Positions 38,985-50,409 of a stretch of DNA of 64,000 bases are shown here, in pieces. Both the position numbers and the translations under genes were made by a program. Source of the DNA: an uncultured Veillonellaceae bacterium (GTDB lineage Bacteria; Bacillota; Negativicutes; JARBTT01). The notes below the pieces were generated by a model. That model saw only the letters and a program-made list of their open reading frames with translations. It was not told where the DNA came from and did not search any database. How positions within the stretch are numbered: position 1 is the first letter of the stretch; each line of letters begins with the position of its first letter. The DNA is taken from assembly GCA_963805085.1 (NCBI GenBank), contig CAWDTA010000002.1:1591478-1655477 (forward strand), read 5' to 3'.

Positions 38985-40511
38985 ATGAAGCTGAAAAAAC
39001 TTATTAAAGTTGTATTTGGCATGATGACTTTAGGAACAATGACGTTTAGCTCATTTTTCAGCCTTGCATGTGCAGCACCGAATGATGTAAAGCCAAGAAC
39101 AATCGTCATGACGGATGGCGAAGTCGATGATATGGATTCGTTTTTAAGATTTCTGCTCTATACGAATGATCTTGATGTAAGAGGCATCATTTATACTAGT
39201 TCCATGTGGCATTACAAGGGGGACGGCAGTGGAACTCAATTTAATACCCATATGGATATTGTCAAATTATATCATCCGGGTTGGCACACAGATCTTCGTT
39301 GGTGTGGAACAGATTGGATTAAGGAATATATTGATAAATATCGCACGGTTTACCCGACTCTTTTACAGCACGATAAAAATTATCCGTCTCCGGATAAGCT
39401 GCAAAGCCTGGTGCGTGTGGGAAATATTGATTTTGAGGGCGAGATGAATTACGACACCGAAGGCTCGAAATTCATAAAAGAGGCGCTTCTTTCTGAGGAT
39501 GAAACGCCGATTTATTTTGAAACCTGGGGTGGTGCCAATACTTTTGCCAGAGCCTTGAAATCTATCGAAGATGAATATAAGGGGACGGCAAAATGGGACA
39601 GGATGTATCAGAAGGTTAGTAAAAAAGCCATCCTGTATAATATCATGGACCAGGATGACACATATAAAACCTATATTGCTGTTAAATGGCCAGATATCAA
39701 GGTTTATTACAACAGCTGGCAGTTCGGAAGTCTGGCCTATATATGGCCTAAAACGCTACCAGAGGCACAGCAGAAATACTTCCGTGGCGAATGGATGAAG
39801 AAAAATATTTTGAAAGGCCCGCTTATTGGCGGCTATATGACCTATGGCGATGGGCATAAGCTTGAAGGCGACCCGGAGGACAAGTTCGGCTCGATGGAAG
39901 AAGCCACTAAAAACGGTTACGGAAAATATGACTTGATATCCGAAGGGGATTCTCCGTCTTTCCTGTATCTTATCAATAATGGTCTGCGTTCTACTGAAAG
40001 TCCGACCTATGGCGGCTGGAGCGGCAGACTTTCACTGTCGGCTTCCACTAAGAACCTTTGGGAGGATAACGAAGGTTCCTTTGACTACAATCCGTATACG
40101 AAAAAGTTGGATAAATACTATTCGCAGACACGATGGATTGATGCTATTCAGAATGATTTTGCTGCACGTGTGAAGTGGACGATGAATGATTACCAGCATG
40201 CTAACCATGCACCGCAGGAGATTAAGATTCAGGAAGGTTTGGACATCAAGGTGAAGCCTGGTGAGAAAGTCACGCTGCATGCCTCGGCCAGCGATCCGGA
40301 TGGAGACAAGCTAAACTATAAGTGGTATCCATATGAGGAAGCTGGCTCGTATCGTGCTCCTGTTGCAATCAAAGGCAAGGGACAGGACGCAAGCCTTATG
40401 GTACCTGCTAATGCCATAAAGGGTGAGACCATTCATCTTATTTTAGAAGTAACAGATAGCGGGCAGCCGCCAATTACTCGTTATGCTAGGGTAATCATGA
40501 CTGTAGAGTAG
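38985..40511 (+). CDS. secreted DUF1593 (nucleoside-hydrolase-like, Sde182-type) protein with C-terminal Ig-like domain
   Basis: Signal peptide ..SLACAAP. The MTDGEVDDMDSFLRFLLYTNDLDVRGIIYTSS motif is characteristic of DUF1593. GGGAG RBS favours ATG 38985. Confidence 0.6.
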   Translation: MKLKKLIKVVFGMMTLGTMTFSSFFSLACAAPNDVKPRTIVMTDGEVDDMDSFLRFLLYTNDLDVRGIIYTSSMWHYKGDGSGTQFNTHMDIVKLYHPGWHTDLRWCGTDWIKEYIDKYRTVYPTLLQHDKNYPSPDKLQSLVRVGNIDFEGEMNYDTEGSKFIKEALLSEDETPIYFETWGGANTFARALKSIEDEYKGTAKWDRMYQKVSKKAILYNIMDQDDTYKTYIAVKWPDIKVYYNSWQFGSLAYIWPKTLPEAQQKYFRGEWMKKNILKGPLIGGYMTYGDGHKLEGDPEDKFGSMEEATKNGYGKYDLISEGDSPSFLYLINNGLRSTESPTYGGWSGRLSLSASTKNLWEDNEGSFDYNPYTKKLDKYYSQTRWIDAIQNDFAARVKWTMNDYQHANHAPQEIKIQEGLDIKVKPGEKVTLHASASDPDGDKLNYKWYPYEEAGSYRAPVAIKGKGQDASLMVPANAIKGETIHLILEVTDSGQPPITRYARVIMTVE

Positions 40512-40540
40512 GAGATATATGAGTTCTTTGTTAATAGTAG

Positions 40541-40745
<205 letters not shown>

Positions 40746-40812
40746 ATAAAGAAACGCTGGGGCAGGACACGGAAGCTGTCCTCTTTGGCGTTTTTCAAAG
40801 GAGATATGCAAA

Positions 40813-42168
40813 ATGAATTGTAGAAAATTTCTTTGTACGGGTATAGCCAGTGTGTTCATGGCTGGAATGCTGTTCGGTTCAGGTGTATCCGTTGAAGCGG
40901 CTGCCAAAGCAGCACCCTCGTATCGTACGGTTACAGAGGTCTATGACTGGGGTGCAGCAGTTTCCAAGGTTATCGTTGACCTAGGAGAGGATGTCTCTGC
41001 AAACGCAGTGGATAATGGGACGTTCAAAGTCTATGCAAAACGTGTTTTAGCTGAAGGTGCAATGACACCGAAGCAGGCTATGCAGGCGAAAAACAAGATT
41101 TCTTTAGGCTCAGAAGCGCAGAAAGACAGTGATCTTGAAGGGTATCGTGAGATCACGAAAGCTTATGTATCCGATGCTGACGGTAAAGCTGTTGACAAGG
41201 AACGCTATGTGACCATTGAGATGAAGGTTGGTCCGGATATTGCCATCGGCTCGGCACTTAATTTTGACGTAAATAGTTTTTTTAATAACTGGGTAAAACC
41301 GGAATATACGATTACACAGACGAAAGCCGCCGATTCGGTCAAAGGGCTGGTAATTGATAATAATAAGGAAAATGTGCGTCCGATTGTCGATAAATTCAGT
41401 TATGCACATAAGATTTTTGGTCGCTTGTCCTATGGCTATGCAAGCTACGAGCCGAAAGATAACGAAAAACATCCGCTGATTCTCTGGCTTCATGGTATGG
41501 GAGAGGGTGGAACCGATAGTCCGTCAATTCCAATTTCGGCCAATAAGGCGGATATGTTTGCGGATGATTCCCTGCAGTCGCATTTTGGTGGTGCTTATGT
41601 ACTTGTACCGCAGGCACGTACCTACTGGATGCATGGTTATAAAAATTTTGGGGATGGGACGTCTATCTATGAAGAAAGTCTTATGCAGCTCATTGAGGCT
41701 TATGCCGCTGAACATCCGAATGTCGATAAGAGTCGTATTTATATCGGCGGGGATTCCAATGGCGGTTATATGACAATGCTGATGATTCGCGATTATCCTG
41801 AGTATTTTGCAGCAGCTTTTCCAACCTGTGAGGGGCTGGCGGATAAACTGATCAGCGATGCGGATATTGGAGCGTTCAAGAAGACTCCAATCTGGTTTAC
41901 TGCAGCGAAGACGGATACGACGCTTCCACCAAAAGACTATGTTGTGCCGACCTTTCAGCGTTTGCAGGCAGCTGGTGCGACGAATGTTCATTTCAGCTTT
42001 TTTGACAATGTTGTTGACCAGACGGGCTTGTATAAAAAGGCGGATGGCTCAGCATTTGAATATCCTGGTCATTGGTCTTGGATTTATGTGTACAATGATC
42101 AATGTGAGGATACCATCGGTGGAAAGACTGTAAAGCTTATGGATTGGCTCGCAGCACAGAAAAGATAA
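40813..42168 (+). CDS. secreted alpha/beta-hydrolase esterase (prolyl-oligopeptidase/carboxylesterase-like fold)
   Basis: Signal peptide ..SVEAAAKA. HPLILWLHGMGEGG oxyanion-type region. Nucleophile elbow GGDSNGG. Conserved C-terminal His region. Confidence 0.7.
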   Translation: MNCRKFLCTGIASVFMAGMLFGSGVSVEAAAKAAPSYRTVTEVYDWGAAVSKVIVDLGEDVSANAVDNGTFKVYAKRVLAEGAMTPKQAMQAKNKISLGSEAQKDSDLEGYREITKAYVSDADGKAVDKERYVTIEMKVGPDIAIGSALNFDVNSFFNNWVKPEYTITQTKAADSVKGLVIDNNKENVRPIVDKFSYAHKIFGRLSYGYASYEPKDNEKHPLILWLHGMGEGGTDSPSIPISANKADMFADDSLQSHFGGAYVLVPQARTYWMHGYKNFGDGTSIYEESLMQLIEAYAAEHPNVDKSRIYIGGDSNGGYMTMLMIRDYPEYFAAAFPTCEGLADKLISDADIGAFKKTPIWFTAAKTDTTLPPKDYVVPTFQRLQAAGATNVHFSFFDNVVDQTGLYKKADGSAFEYPGHWSWIYVYNDQCEDTIGGKTVKLMDWLAAQKR

Positions 42169-42180
42169 TAATTTTTATAA

Positions 42181-43608
<1,428 letters not shown>

Positions 43609-43692
43609 ATAAAATGCAGGAGTATGGCGTTGACGCTGTACTCCTGATGGTATAAAAAAGACAGATGATTCTGAAAAAAAGGAGCAGGTTTC

Positions 43693-46083
43693 ATGAAAAA
43701 AACAGCAGCATTAGCATTTACGATAGCTTTGGTCCTTGCTGGTGTACAGGTACAGGCCGCCAAGGCGCCTGTTGAGAAAACCACTGCAGACGGCTATGAA
43801 CTTGTCGAAAATATGCATGGGCCGGAGCTGGGATATTCGAAAGATTCCGGGGTAAAGCTTCTGATCGTGGATGAAAAAGCCTTCAAGGATATGAACCGCA
43901 ATGGTAAGCTTGATAAATTCGAGGACTGGCGCCTTACGCCGCAGCAACGTGCTGAGGATCTTGCCCAGCAAATCAGTATCGATCAGATTGCCGGTCTTAT
44001 GCTCTATAGTATGCATCAGCGCAATCTGCAGCCGGAGCTCAATGATGCGCAGAAACAAATGCTGAGCCAGGATAACGTGCGTACCGTACTGAATGCTGAT
44101 ACCGGGGCAAGCATTGAAACTACGGCAAAATGGAACAATGCAATGCAGGCCTATACAGAAGCGCAGCCGTTTGCGATTCCGGTCAACACAAGCTCCGACC
44201 CGCGCAATGATGCGCGCGGCGATGGTGTGTACCTCAAGGGAACGACGGGTGGTGTATCCCGCTGGCCGAGTAACCTGGGGCTCGCGGCAACTTTTGATTC
44301 GTCGATTGAAAAACACTTTGCTCAGGTCTATGCGAAAGAATACCGTGCTATGGGCATAGGTACAGGGCTTTCACCGCAGATTGACTTAGCAACTGATCCA
44401 CGTTGGCCGCGGTTCTATGGCACATTCGGTGAAGATCCGGCACTTTCCCGGGATATGGCCCGGGCCTCGATTGATGGTGCACAGTCCACAGTGGACGCAG
44501 TAGGGAAAGATCTTGGCTGGGGCAAGAATAGCATCAATGCCATGATGAAGCATTGGCCAGGCGATGGTGTCAGTGAAGGCGGTCGCGAAGCACATTCGAA
44601 ATATGGAAAATATGCGGTTTATCTGGGAAATAATTTTCAGACACAGCTGATCCCATTTGTTGAAGGTGGCCTGAAGCTTGATGGCAAGACAAAAGTGCCA
44701 AGTGCCGTGATGTCGTCGTACTCGATTGCCTGGTCCGATGATGGTTCGTTGGGAGAAAAAGTTGGCAGCGCTTATAGCAAGTATAAATTGGATCTTTTGC
44801 GCAACAAATACAAATATGATGGCGTTATCTGTACGGATTGGGGTGTCACGCATTCACCGGGTGAGGGCGTAGCTGGTCTTTCCATGGCATGGGGCGTTGA
44901 AGATGGTTATACGGAAGCCGAACGTCACTATAAAGCCCTCATGGCCGGTGTTGATCAGTTCGGTGGTAACAATGTGAAGCAGCCGGTGCTTGATGCCTAT
45001 GCGATGGGCATAAAAGAACATGGCGAAGCCTTTATGCAGAAGCGTTTCCGTACATCCGCTACTCGTTTGCTGCGCAATATTTTCCAACTTGGTCTGTTTG
45101 AAAATCCGTATCTTGATGTACAGCAGAGTGTAGCGACTGTCGGCAATGCAGCCGATTTAGCAGCAGGCTATGATGCCCAGCTCAAATCCATCGTCATGCT
45201 CAAGAATAAGGGGGGCGTGATTCATGCTGCAGCTGGTCAGGAAGTACAGAAACCAACGGTGTACATTCCGATGGTGTACCGGCCAGTGATTGTCAATAAA
45301 CGTTTTGAAACCTATACCGCAGCGAACTGGAGTCTGCCAGTGAATCTTGCCGTTGCTCAGCAGTATTTCAACGTCGTGACAGACAGTGTTCCTTCACTTA
45401 GTGAGAAAGATAAGGATGGGAAACCGATGGCTGATGTGCAGGATATTGTGCGTCTCAATCCAGTAGAAGTTGCAAAATGTGATGCTGTGCTGGCTGTGGT
45501 TGATACTCCGACCCCAGAGGGCAACAATTTTGATGGTATTGGTTATGCCGATGATGAGGGCTATATTCCAATCTCTTTGCAATATGGTAAATATACGGCA
45601 GACTCCGCTGCTGTACGCAAGACCTCTATTGCAGGAGATCCGGGCGAAAATCGGTCCTATTATGGAAAAACGGCACGTACCATCAATTCACATGATCTCG
45701 ATGGTGTAGTTTATGGTCGTGATTGTGCGGCAAAGTCTGGTAAAAAGATGCCGATCATCACGCTGGTCAAAGCAATGAAGCCGATGATCTTCAGTGAGAT
45801 TGAGCCGCTTTCGGATGCTATTCTTATGGGATTCAGTGTCAGTGATCAGGCGTACTTTGATATCCTTACCGGCAAGACCGAGGCGCAGGGGCTTTTGCCA
45901 ATGCAGCAGCCGAAGGATATGATCACCGTAGAAACACAACTGGAGGATGTACCACGAGACATGGTATGCTATAAAGACAGCGAAGGGCACAGCTATGACT
46001 TTGCTTACGGCATGAATTGGAAGGGTGTCATCAATGATGCAAGAACTGCAAAATATAATGTGTCGGTGCTCAAAGCAAAATAA
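43693..46083 (+). CDS. secreted glycoside hydrolase family 3 beta-glucosidase
   Basis: Signal peptide ..VQVQAAKAP. GH3 N-terminal domain motifs (..SDPRN.., KHWPGDG, ..VICTDWG nucleophile region). 796 aa. Confidence 0.8.
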   Translation: MKKTAALAFTIALVLAGVQVQAAKAPVEKTTADGYELVENMHGPELGYSKDSGVKLLIVDEKAFKDMNRNGKLDKFEDWRLTPQQRAEDLAQQISIDQIAGLMLYSMHQRNLQPELNDAQKQMLSQDNVRTVLNADTGASIETTAKWNNAMQAYTEAQPFAIPVNTSSDPRNDARGDGVYLKGTTGGVSRWPSNLGLAATFDSSIEKHFAQVYAKEYRAMGIGTGLSPQIDLATDPRWPRFYGTFGEDPALSRDMARASIDGAQSTVDAVGKDLGWGKNSINAMMKHWPGDGVSEGGREAHSKYGKYAVYLGNNFQTQLIPFVEGGLKLDGKTKVPSAVMSSYSIAWSDDGSLGEKVGSAYSKYKLDLLRNKYKYDGVICTDWGVTHSPGEGVAGLSMAWGVEDGYTEAERHYKALMAGVDQFGGNNVKQPVLDAYAMGIKEHGEAFMQKRFRTSATRLLRNIFQLGLFENPYLDVQQSVATVGNAADLAAGYDAQLKSIVMLKNKGGVIHAAAGQEVQKPTVYIPMVYRPVIVNKRFETYTAANWSLPVNLAVAQQYFNVVTDSVPSLSEKDKDGKPMADVQDIVRLNPVEVAKCDAVLAVVDTPTPEGNNFDGIGYADDEGYIPISLQYGKYTADSAAVRKTSIAGDPGENRSYYGKTARTINSHDLDGVVYGRDCAAKSGKKMPIITLVKAMKPMIFSEIEPLSDAILMGFSVSDQAYFDILTGKTEAQGLLPMQQPKDMITVETQLEDVPRDMVCYKDSEGHSYDFAYGMNWKGVINDARTAKYNVSVLKAK

Positions 46084-46108
46084 AGGTTGATTTCTGGTAT
46101 TCAGTTTT

Positions 46109-46146
46109 GGCGGTTTGCAGTTGTTGGATTGCAAACCGCCATTTTT
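46109..46146 (+). terminator. rho-independent terminator of the GH3 gene
   Basis: GGCGGTTTGCA / TGCAAACCGCC stem followed by ATTTTT. Confidence 0.85.
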
Positions 46147-46210
46147 AGGCTCTATAATAAATGTTGCAACCTTGATTTTCATCAAGACCACAACATCTAT
46201 TATAGAGCCT
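46147..46210. repeat. 64-nt long imperfect hairpin at the rearrangement junction
   Basis: Outer perfect 13-bp arms AGGCTCTATAATA / TATTATAGAGCCT. Inner AATGTTG/CAACATC and CTTGAT-TTTC-ATCAAG. Confidence 0.6.
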
Positions 46211-46213
46211 AGA

Positions 46214-46787
46214 GTATGGAGAATTGGCAAAAGCCATCATTTAAAATGTTGGCGGGAAAGAAAATGTAATATCGTTAGCGCACTGTTATACGAGATTGCG
46301 TTTCAAATTACATGATGAAAAGAAAACGGCGACAGAGGCTATTGATACAAACCGTATCTATATCGGCGGAGATTCCAATGGTGGGTATATGACAATGCTA
46401 ATGATTCGCGATTATCCAGAGTATTTCACAGCGGCTTTTCCGACTTGTGAAGCTTTGCGAGATAATCTCATCACAGATAGCGATATCCAGAAGATGAAGG
46501 AAGTGCCGATTTGGTTCACGGCGGCTAAAACTGATGGGGTCGTACCACCAGACAAATATGTAGTACCTACTTATAAACGCTTGTTAGCTGCCGGAGCGAA
46601 GAATGTACAGTTCAGTTTCTTTGATAAGGTCCGCGATACGACGGGGTTATACAAACAAGCAAATGGAAAACCGTTCGAGTATAACGGACACTGGTCTTGG
46701 ATATACGTTTACAACAATGAAGGTATAAGTACGATTGATGGTCGTGAAATTACGCTTATGGAATGGCTTGCTACGCAGCATAAATAA
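46214..46787 (+). pseudogene. chimeric remnant: PTS EIIB N-terminus (with in-frame stop) fused to the C-terminal part of an esterase paralog
   Basis: 46214-46338 is near-identical in nucleotide sequence to 35589-35713 of the PTS gene, with TAA replacing AAA at 46240-46242. From about 46341 the frame reads IDTNRIYIGGDSNGGYMTMLMIRDYPEYF..., colinear with the last 150 aa or so of the 40813-42168 esterase. Confidence 0.8.
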
Positions 46788-46822
46788 TATATAGTTAAAT
46801 GTAATCTCTTATAGTTAAACTC

Positions 46823-46866
46823 ATAGCTCAGCTCTTCTATTTTGTGAAAGCTGGGCTATTTTGATT
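46823..46866 (+). terminator. terminator-like hairpin
   Basis: ATAGCTCAGCT / AGCTGGGCTAT stem (one G-T pair) followed by TTTGATT. Confidence 0.5.
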
Positions 46867-47080
46867 ACAATAAATTATAATAATGGAGTAGATATTTTTG
46901 TTTAAAGTCTTAATGCAGAATAAAATCTAAATTTAACTTCACCTCAAAATTAAGTACTTACAAAAAAGTAGGTAATTGTCTAGGGCTAATCGTGGTATTA
47001 TAATAAGATTATAGCCAAAGATAAAGCAGTAGAAAATTGGATGAACTGATAACAAGATAAGCTTTGCGAGGGAGGATATT

Positions 47081-47482
47081 TTGAAAATAAGGGAAAAATA
47101 TACTTGTCCATTAGAATTAACACTTGATATGATATCAGGAAAATGGAAGCCTATTATCATGTGGAGACTTCGTTTGGGGAATCAGCAGCTTTCGACGTTA
47201 CATAGAGATATCCATGGGGTCAATCAAAAGATGCTCATACAGCATTTAAGTGAATTGGTCGATTGTGGAATCGTCAATAAGAAAGTGTATGAAGGCTATC
47301 CGCTAAAGGTAGAGTATTTCCTTACTGAGCTTGGTTGGAAATTTATGAAGGGATTAGAACTCTTTCAGAACATCGGCCAAGAAATACTAGGCGGGGATGC
47401 AACATTACCCTCTTTGATCAATGAGCTTAAGAGGGCAAAAAGAAAATATCCAAGCAGTGTAAATTCTTCATATAGTAGTTAA
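47081..47482 (+). CDS. HxlR family transcriptional regulator
   Basis: CPLELTLDMISGKWKPIIMWRL signature. GAGGGAGGA RBS before a TTG start. Confidence 0.8.
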   Translation: MKIREKYTCPLELTLDMISGKWKPIIMWRLRLGNQQLSTLHRDIHGVNQKMLIQHLSELVDCGIVNKKVYEGYPLKVEYFLTELGWKFMKGLELFQNIGQEILGGDATLPSLINELKRAKRKYPSSVNSSYSS

Positions 47483-47524
47483 GTTGTATGGTACTTATTA
47501 AAATAGTGAGAGGATGAATGTAAA

Positions 47525-48070
47525 ATGGTATTGATTCATTTAGCAGACGGTTTTGAAGAAATTGAGGCAATTAGTGTGATTGATGTTTTACGCAGAGCAG
47601 AAATTGAGGTGAAAACAGTTTCAATCATGGGGAAAAGAGAAGTGCTAGGCGCGCATAATATTATGGTGATGGCTGATGTTTTATATGAAGATGTTGATTA
47701 TGCAGGTGCGGATATGATCATATTGCCAGGTGGTGGCGTGGGAACACAAAACCTAGATAAACATGCTGGTTTAAATGAACAGTTATTATTAGCAGTAAAG
47801 CAAGGGAAATGGGTTACAGCAATCTGCGCAGCACCAACTGTTTTGGGCAGATTAGGCATTCTCAAAGGGAAGAAAGCTACTTGTTATCCAGGCTGTGAGC
47901 AGGCTTTAGAAGGCGCAGATGTAAGTTTGCCAGATAGTTCAATCGTTGATGGTAAGATTATTACTTCACGTGGACCTGGGACTTCACTACATTTTGCATT
48001 CACAATCGTAGAAGTGTTGAAAGGTGCAGAAATGGCAAATACGTTAAGAAAGCAAATGATTATTGGATAA
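47525..48070 (+). CDS. DJ-1/PfpI family protein
   Basis: 181 aa. Nucleophile elbow AICAAP. ..ILPGG.. motif. Confidence 0.85.
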   Translation: MVLIHLADGFEEIEAISVIDVLRRAEIEVKTVSIMGKREVLGAHNIMVMADVLYEDVDYAGADMIILPGGGVGTQNLDKHAGLNEQLLLAVKQGKWVTAICAAPTVLGRLGILKGKKATCYPGCEQALEGADVSLPDSSIVDGKIITSRGPGTSLHFAFTIVEVLKGAEMANTLRKQMIIG

Positions 48071-48078
48071 AATGCTGC

Positions 48079-48120
48079 TTTAAGGGAAGGTTTCGTAAGG
48101 TGTTGCAGTCCCTTAAATTT
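48079..48120 (+). terminator. weak terminator-like hairpin
   Basis: TTTAAGGGA / TCCCTTAAA stem with a large loop, followed by TTT. Confidence 0.4.
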
Positions 48121-48283
48121 ATCAGTGTATATTCTTCAATGTTTTACCTAGCTAGCATATAAATGGAGACTTAATTCAGACAAATTTTAATACCGCCTGA
48201 ATTGTAGTCGTAATTATCTAGGGGAAAACGCGAGCGTACTAGAGCGGTTTAGTCATCGGATAAATAGTAGGAGTTTACAATTT

Positions 48284-49162
48284 GTGAAAAAATATAAAAA
48301 AATTTATTTGGAAATAACTAATGTATGCAATTTAAAATGTGATTTTTGTCCAGAGACCAAGCGGAAAGCTGAATTTATGGCAGAAGATACATTCAGATAC
48401 ATTCTAGATCAAATCAAACCATTTACGGATTATATTTACTTGCATGTAAAGGGCGAACCATTGTTGCACTCTGCTTTGGACAAATTTTTAGATATCAGTG
48501 CCGTAAAAGGGTTTAAAGTAAACATTACGACAAATGGTACCTTAATCGATAGAGTCGTCGATACTTTACTCGTAAAACCTGCACTTAGGCAAATTAATTT
48601 TTCCTTGCATAGTTTTGATAGCAATCAACAAGAGGTATCAAAAGATGACTATATTGATAGTGTTTTAAACTTTTCTCGCAGAGCCGCTTTAGAGTCAAAT
48701 CTCATTCTATCCTTGCGATTATGGAATTTAGAGGAAGCTTTATTAACCGAGGATCAAAGAAAAAGAAATTTAGATATTATTCATAAAATTGAAGAACACT
48801 TTCAATTGCCTTATCAAGTGCAGGGGAATTTATCGGAGGGCAAGGCCTTGAAACTAGGAAAGCGTGTATATTTGAATCAGGATTATGAATTTCAATGGCC
48901 AGATTTAAAGGCAGAAGAGAATTTTGCGAAAGGCTCTTGCTATGGGTTAAGAAATCAAGTTGCTATTTTAGTGGATGGCACAGTTGTCCCTTGCTGTCTT
49001 GATGGCGAAGGCATCATTGATTTAGGGAATATTCATCAAGAGAAGTTTTCTGATATTATCTATGGAGAAAGAGCAGAGAGTATCAGACAGGGATTTTGTA
49101 ATCATACTGTGGTTGAAGAACTTTGTAGAAAATGTGGTTATAGGAAAAAATTTAGTAAATAG
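48284..49162 (+). CDS. radical SAM protein with short SPASM/twitch-like C-terminal Cys cluster
   Basis: CNLKCDFC (CX3CX2C) at the N-terminus. C-terminal ..VPCCLDGEG.. and ..CRKCGY.. cysteines. GTG start. Confidence 0.7.
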   Translation: MKKYKKIYLEITNVCNLKCDFCPETKRKAEFMAEDTFRYILDQIKPFTDYIYLHVKGEPLLHSALDKFLDISAVKGFKVNITTNGTLIDRVVDTLLVKPALRQINFSLHSFDSNQQEVSKDDYIDSVLNFSRRAALESNLILSLRLWNLEEALLTEDQRKRNLDIIHKIEEHFQLPYQVQGNLSEGKALKLGKRVYLNQDYEFQWPDLKAEENFAKGSCYGLRNQVAILVDGTVVPCCLDGEGIIDLGNIHQEKFSDIIYGERAESIRQGFCNHTVVEELCRKCGYRKKFSK

Positions 49163-49193
49163 TGTTGGTGACATGGCTTTATAGGCAATAGCG

Positions 49194-49240
49194 AAACAGG
49201 CATAATTACATGAACATCATGTAATTATGCCTGTTTTTTA
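49194..49240. terminator. bidirectional terminator between convergent genes
   Basis: AAACAGGCATAATTACATG / CATGTAATTATGCCTGTTT 19-bp stem with a T-run downstream (+ strand) and a short A-run upstream (short T-run on the - strand). Confidence 0.85.
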
Positions 49241-49271
49241 GAATTTTGGCAGAAATGTAGTGAGCAGAATA

Positions 49272-50396
49272 TCACTTATTTTTACAACTGAGGGAATTAT
49301 GTCTCTTTGGATTTTTCATCAGCTTCCTTAGATAACAGACAATCAATGCAATGAAGGGCACAATGATTTGTATCGGAAAATTAATGCGGAGAGGATTTAC
49401 TTTTAGCCCTATGATAATGTGCTCTGGGTAATTTTTTGCGATGAGCATGGAAATGATCACAATTGCTATACCAAAAGGTATTGCCAGATATTTCGGGTCT
49501 TTTAACTTTATCAGCTGAGATGTCCCCAACATGGCTGCATAGGTAAGAAGACTTACTTTAAAGAAACCGCCTATTATCATAGTGATAACTACAAATATGT
49601 CCAATTTACTCAAAAAACCTAGTTGTATAAGACGTGTGGAATCAAAAAAAGGAAATAAGGTCGAAGTTGCACCTATTATGCCTAAGCTAACAATAAACAT
49701 AATTGTATTTAGGGAAAGAAAGATCCCCAAAAATAGGACGGCAAGTAGCGACATTTTTCGTACTTTGGTGGGATCATTGACAGCGGAGTAGAACATAGTG
49801 AAGATAATGGTCTCACCGTAAGGAAAGGTAACAAGCAGCCAGCCATCTTTTATGAGGGAGGGGAGGTCTTTTTCAAGAAAAGGTTTTAAATTTTGAAATT
49901 TTACCACATCGGGTGTTGCAGATAGTGATAGAAATAATACAATAAAGATAACAATCCATAGCGGTAGTATGAGCTCAGCTGCCCGTGAAATATTTTCCAC
50001 ACCAGAAAATGCCCCATAGACAAAAATTACGGTCAATGTTATGGCGATTATAAGTGGGAGCATATCAGGCATTGAGCTAATCAGTATGAGTTCTGTAAAG
50101 TCTCTGATGATTCTCCCTGCTTGATAGGTAAAATATATAATATATAGGATACTCACAAGAGAGCCTATATATATGCCAAAAATTTTAGGCATATAGGTAA
50201 CAATTGTATCATTAGGGTATTGATAAAATAGTTTTATATACATAAGCTGTTCTATTATACCTACTGGTATATAAAAAAGTAGTACCAGCCATGCATCCTG
50301 TTTTGCATCAGGCGTGAGAAAAAAAAGTACAGAACTGCCAAATGAAAATAATATCATAGCTGCAAAGAACTGATATGGAGATATTTTTGTTTCCAT
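49272..50396 (-). CDS. spore germination receptor B subunit (GerAB/GerKB family permease-like)
   Basis: 374 aa with about 10 TM segments. N-terminal ..ISPYQFFAAMILFSFGSS.. is typical of GerxB proteins. Confidence 0.8.
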   Translation of the reverse strand: METKISPYQFFAAMILFSFGSSVLFFLTPDAKQDAWLVLLFYIPVGIIEQLMYIKLFYQYPNDTIVTYMPKIFGIYIGSLVSILYIIYFTYQAGRIIRDFTELILISSMPDMLPLIIAITLTVIFVYGAFSGVENISRAAELILPLWIVIFIVLFLSLSATPDVVKFQNLKPFLEKDLPSLIKDGWLLVTFPYGETIIFTMFYSAVNDPTKVRKMSLLAVLFLGIFLSLNTIMFIVSLGIIGATSTLFPFFDSTRLIQLGFLSKLDIFVVITMIIGGFFKVSLLTYAAMLGTSQLIKLKDPKYLAIPFGIAIVIISMLIAKNYPEHIIIGLKVNPLRINFPIQIIVPFIALIVCYLRKLMKNPKRHNSLSCKNK

Positions 50397-50409
50397 AGTT
50401 AGCCTCCGG

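Noticed and set aside
37702-39109. ORFs 37702-38136(-), 38191-38925(-), 38255-38830(+) and 38783-39109(-) overlapping the porin gene.
   Set aside because: They are alternative frames of a GC-richer CDS. The plus-strand 37573-38943 frame has a signal peptide, an SLH motif and an OMP C-terminal Phe.
45688-46230. 180-aa minus-strand ORF spanning the GH3 3' end, the terminator and the hairpin.
   Set aside because: It is antisense to GH3 and runs through two structured non-coding elements. No RBS.
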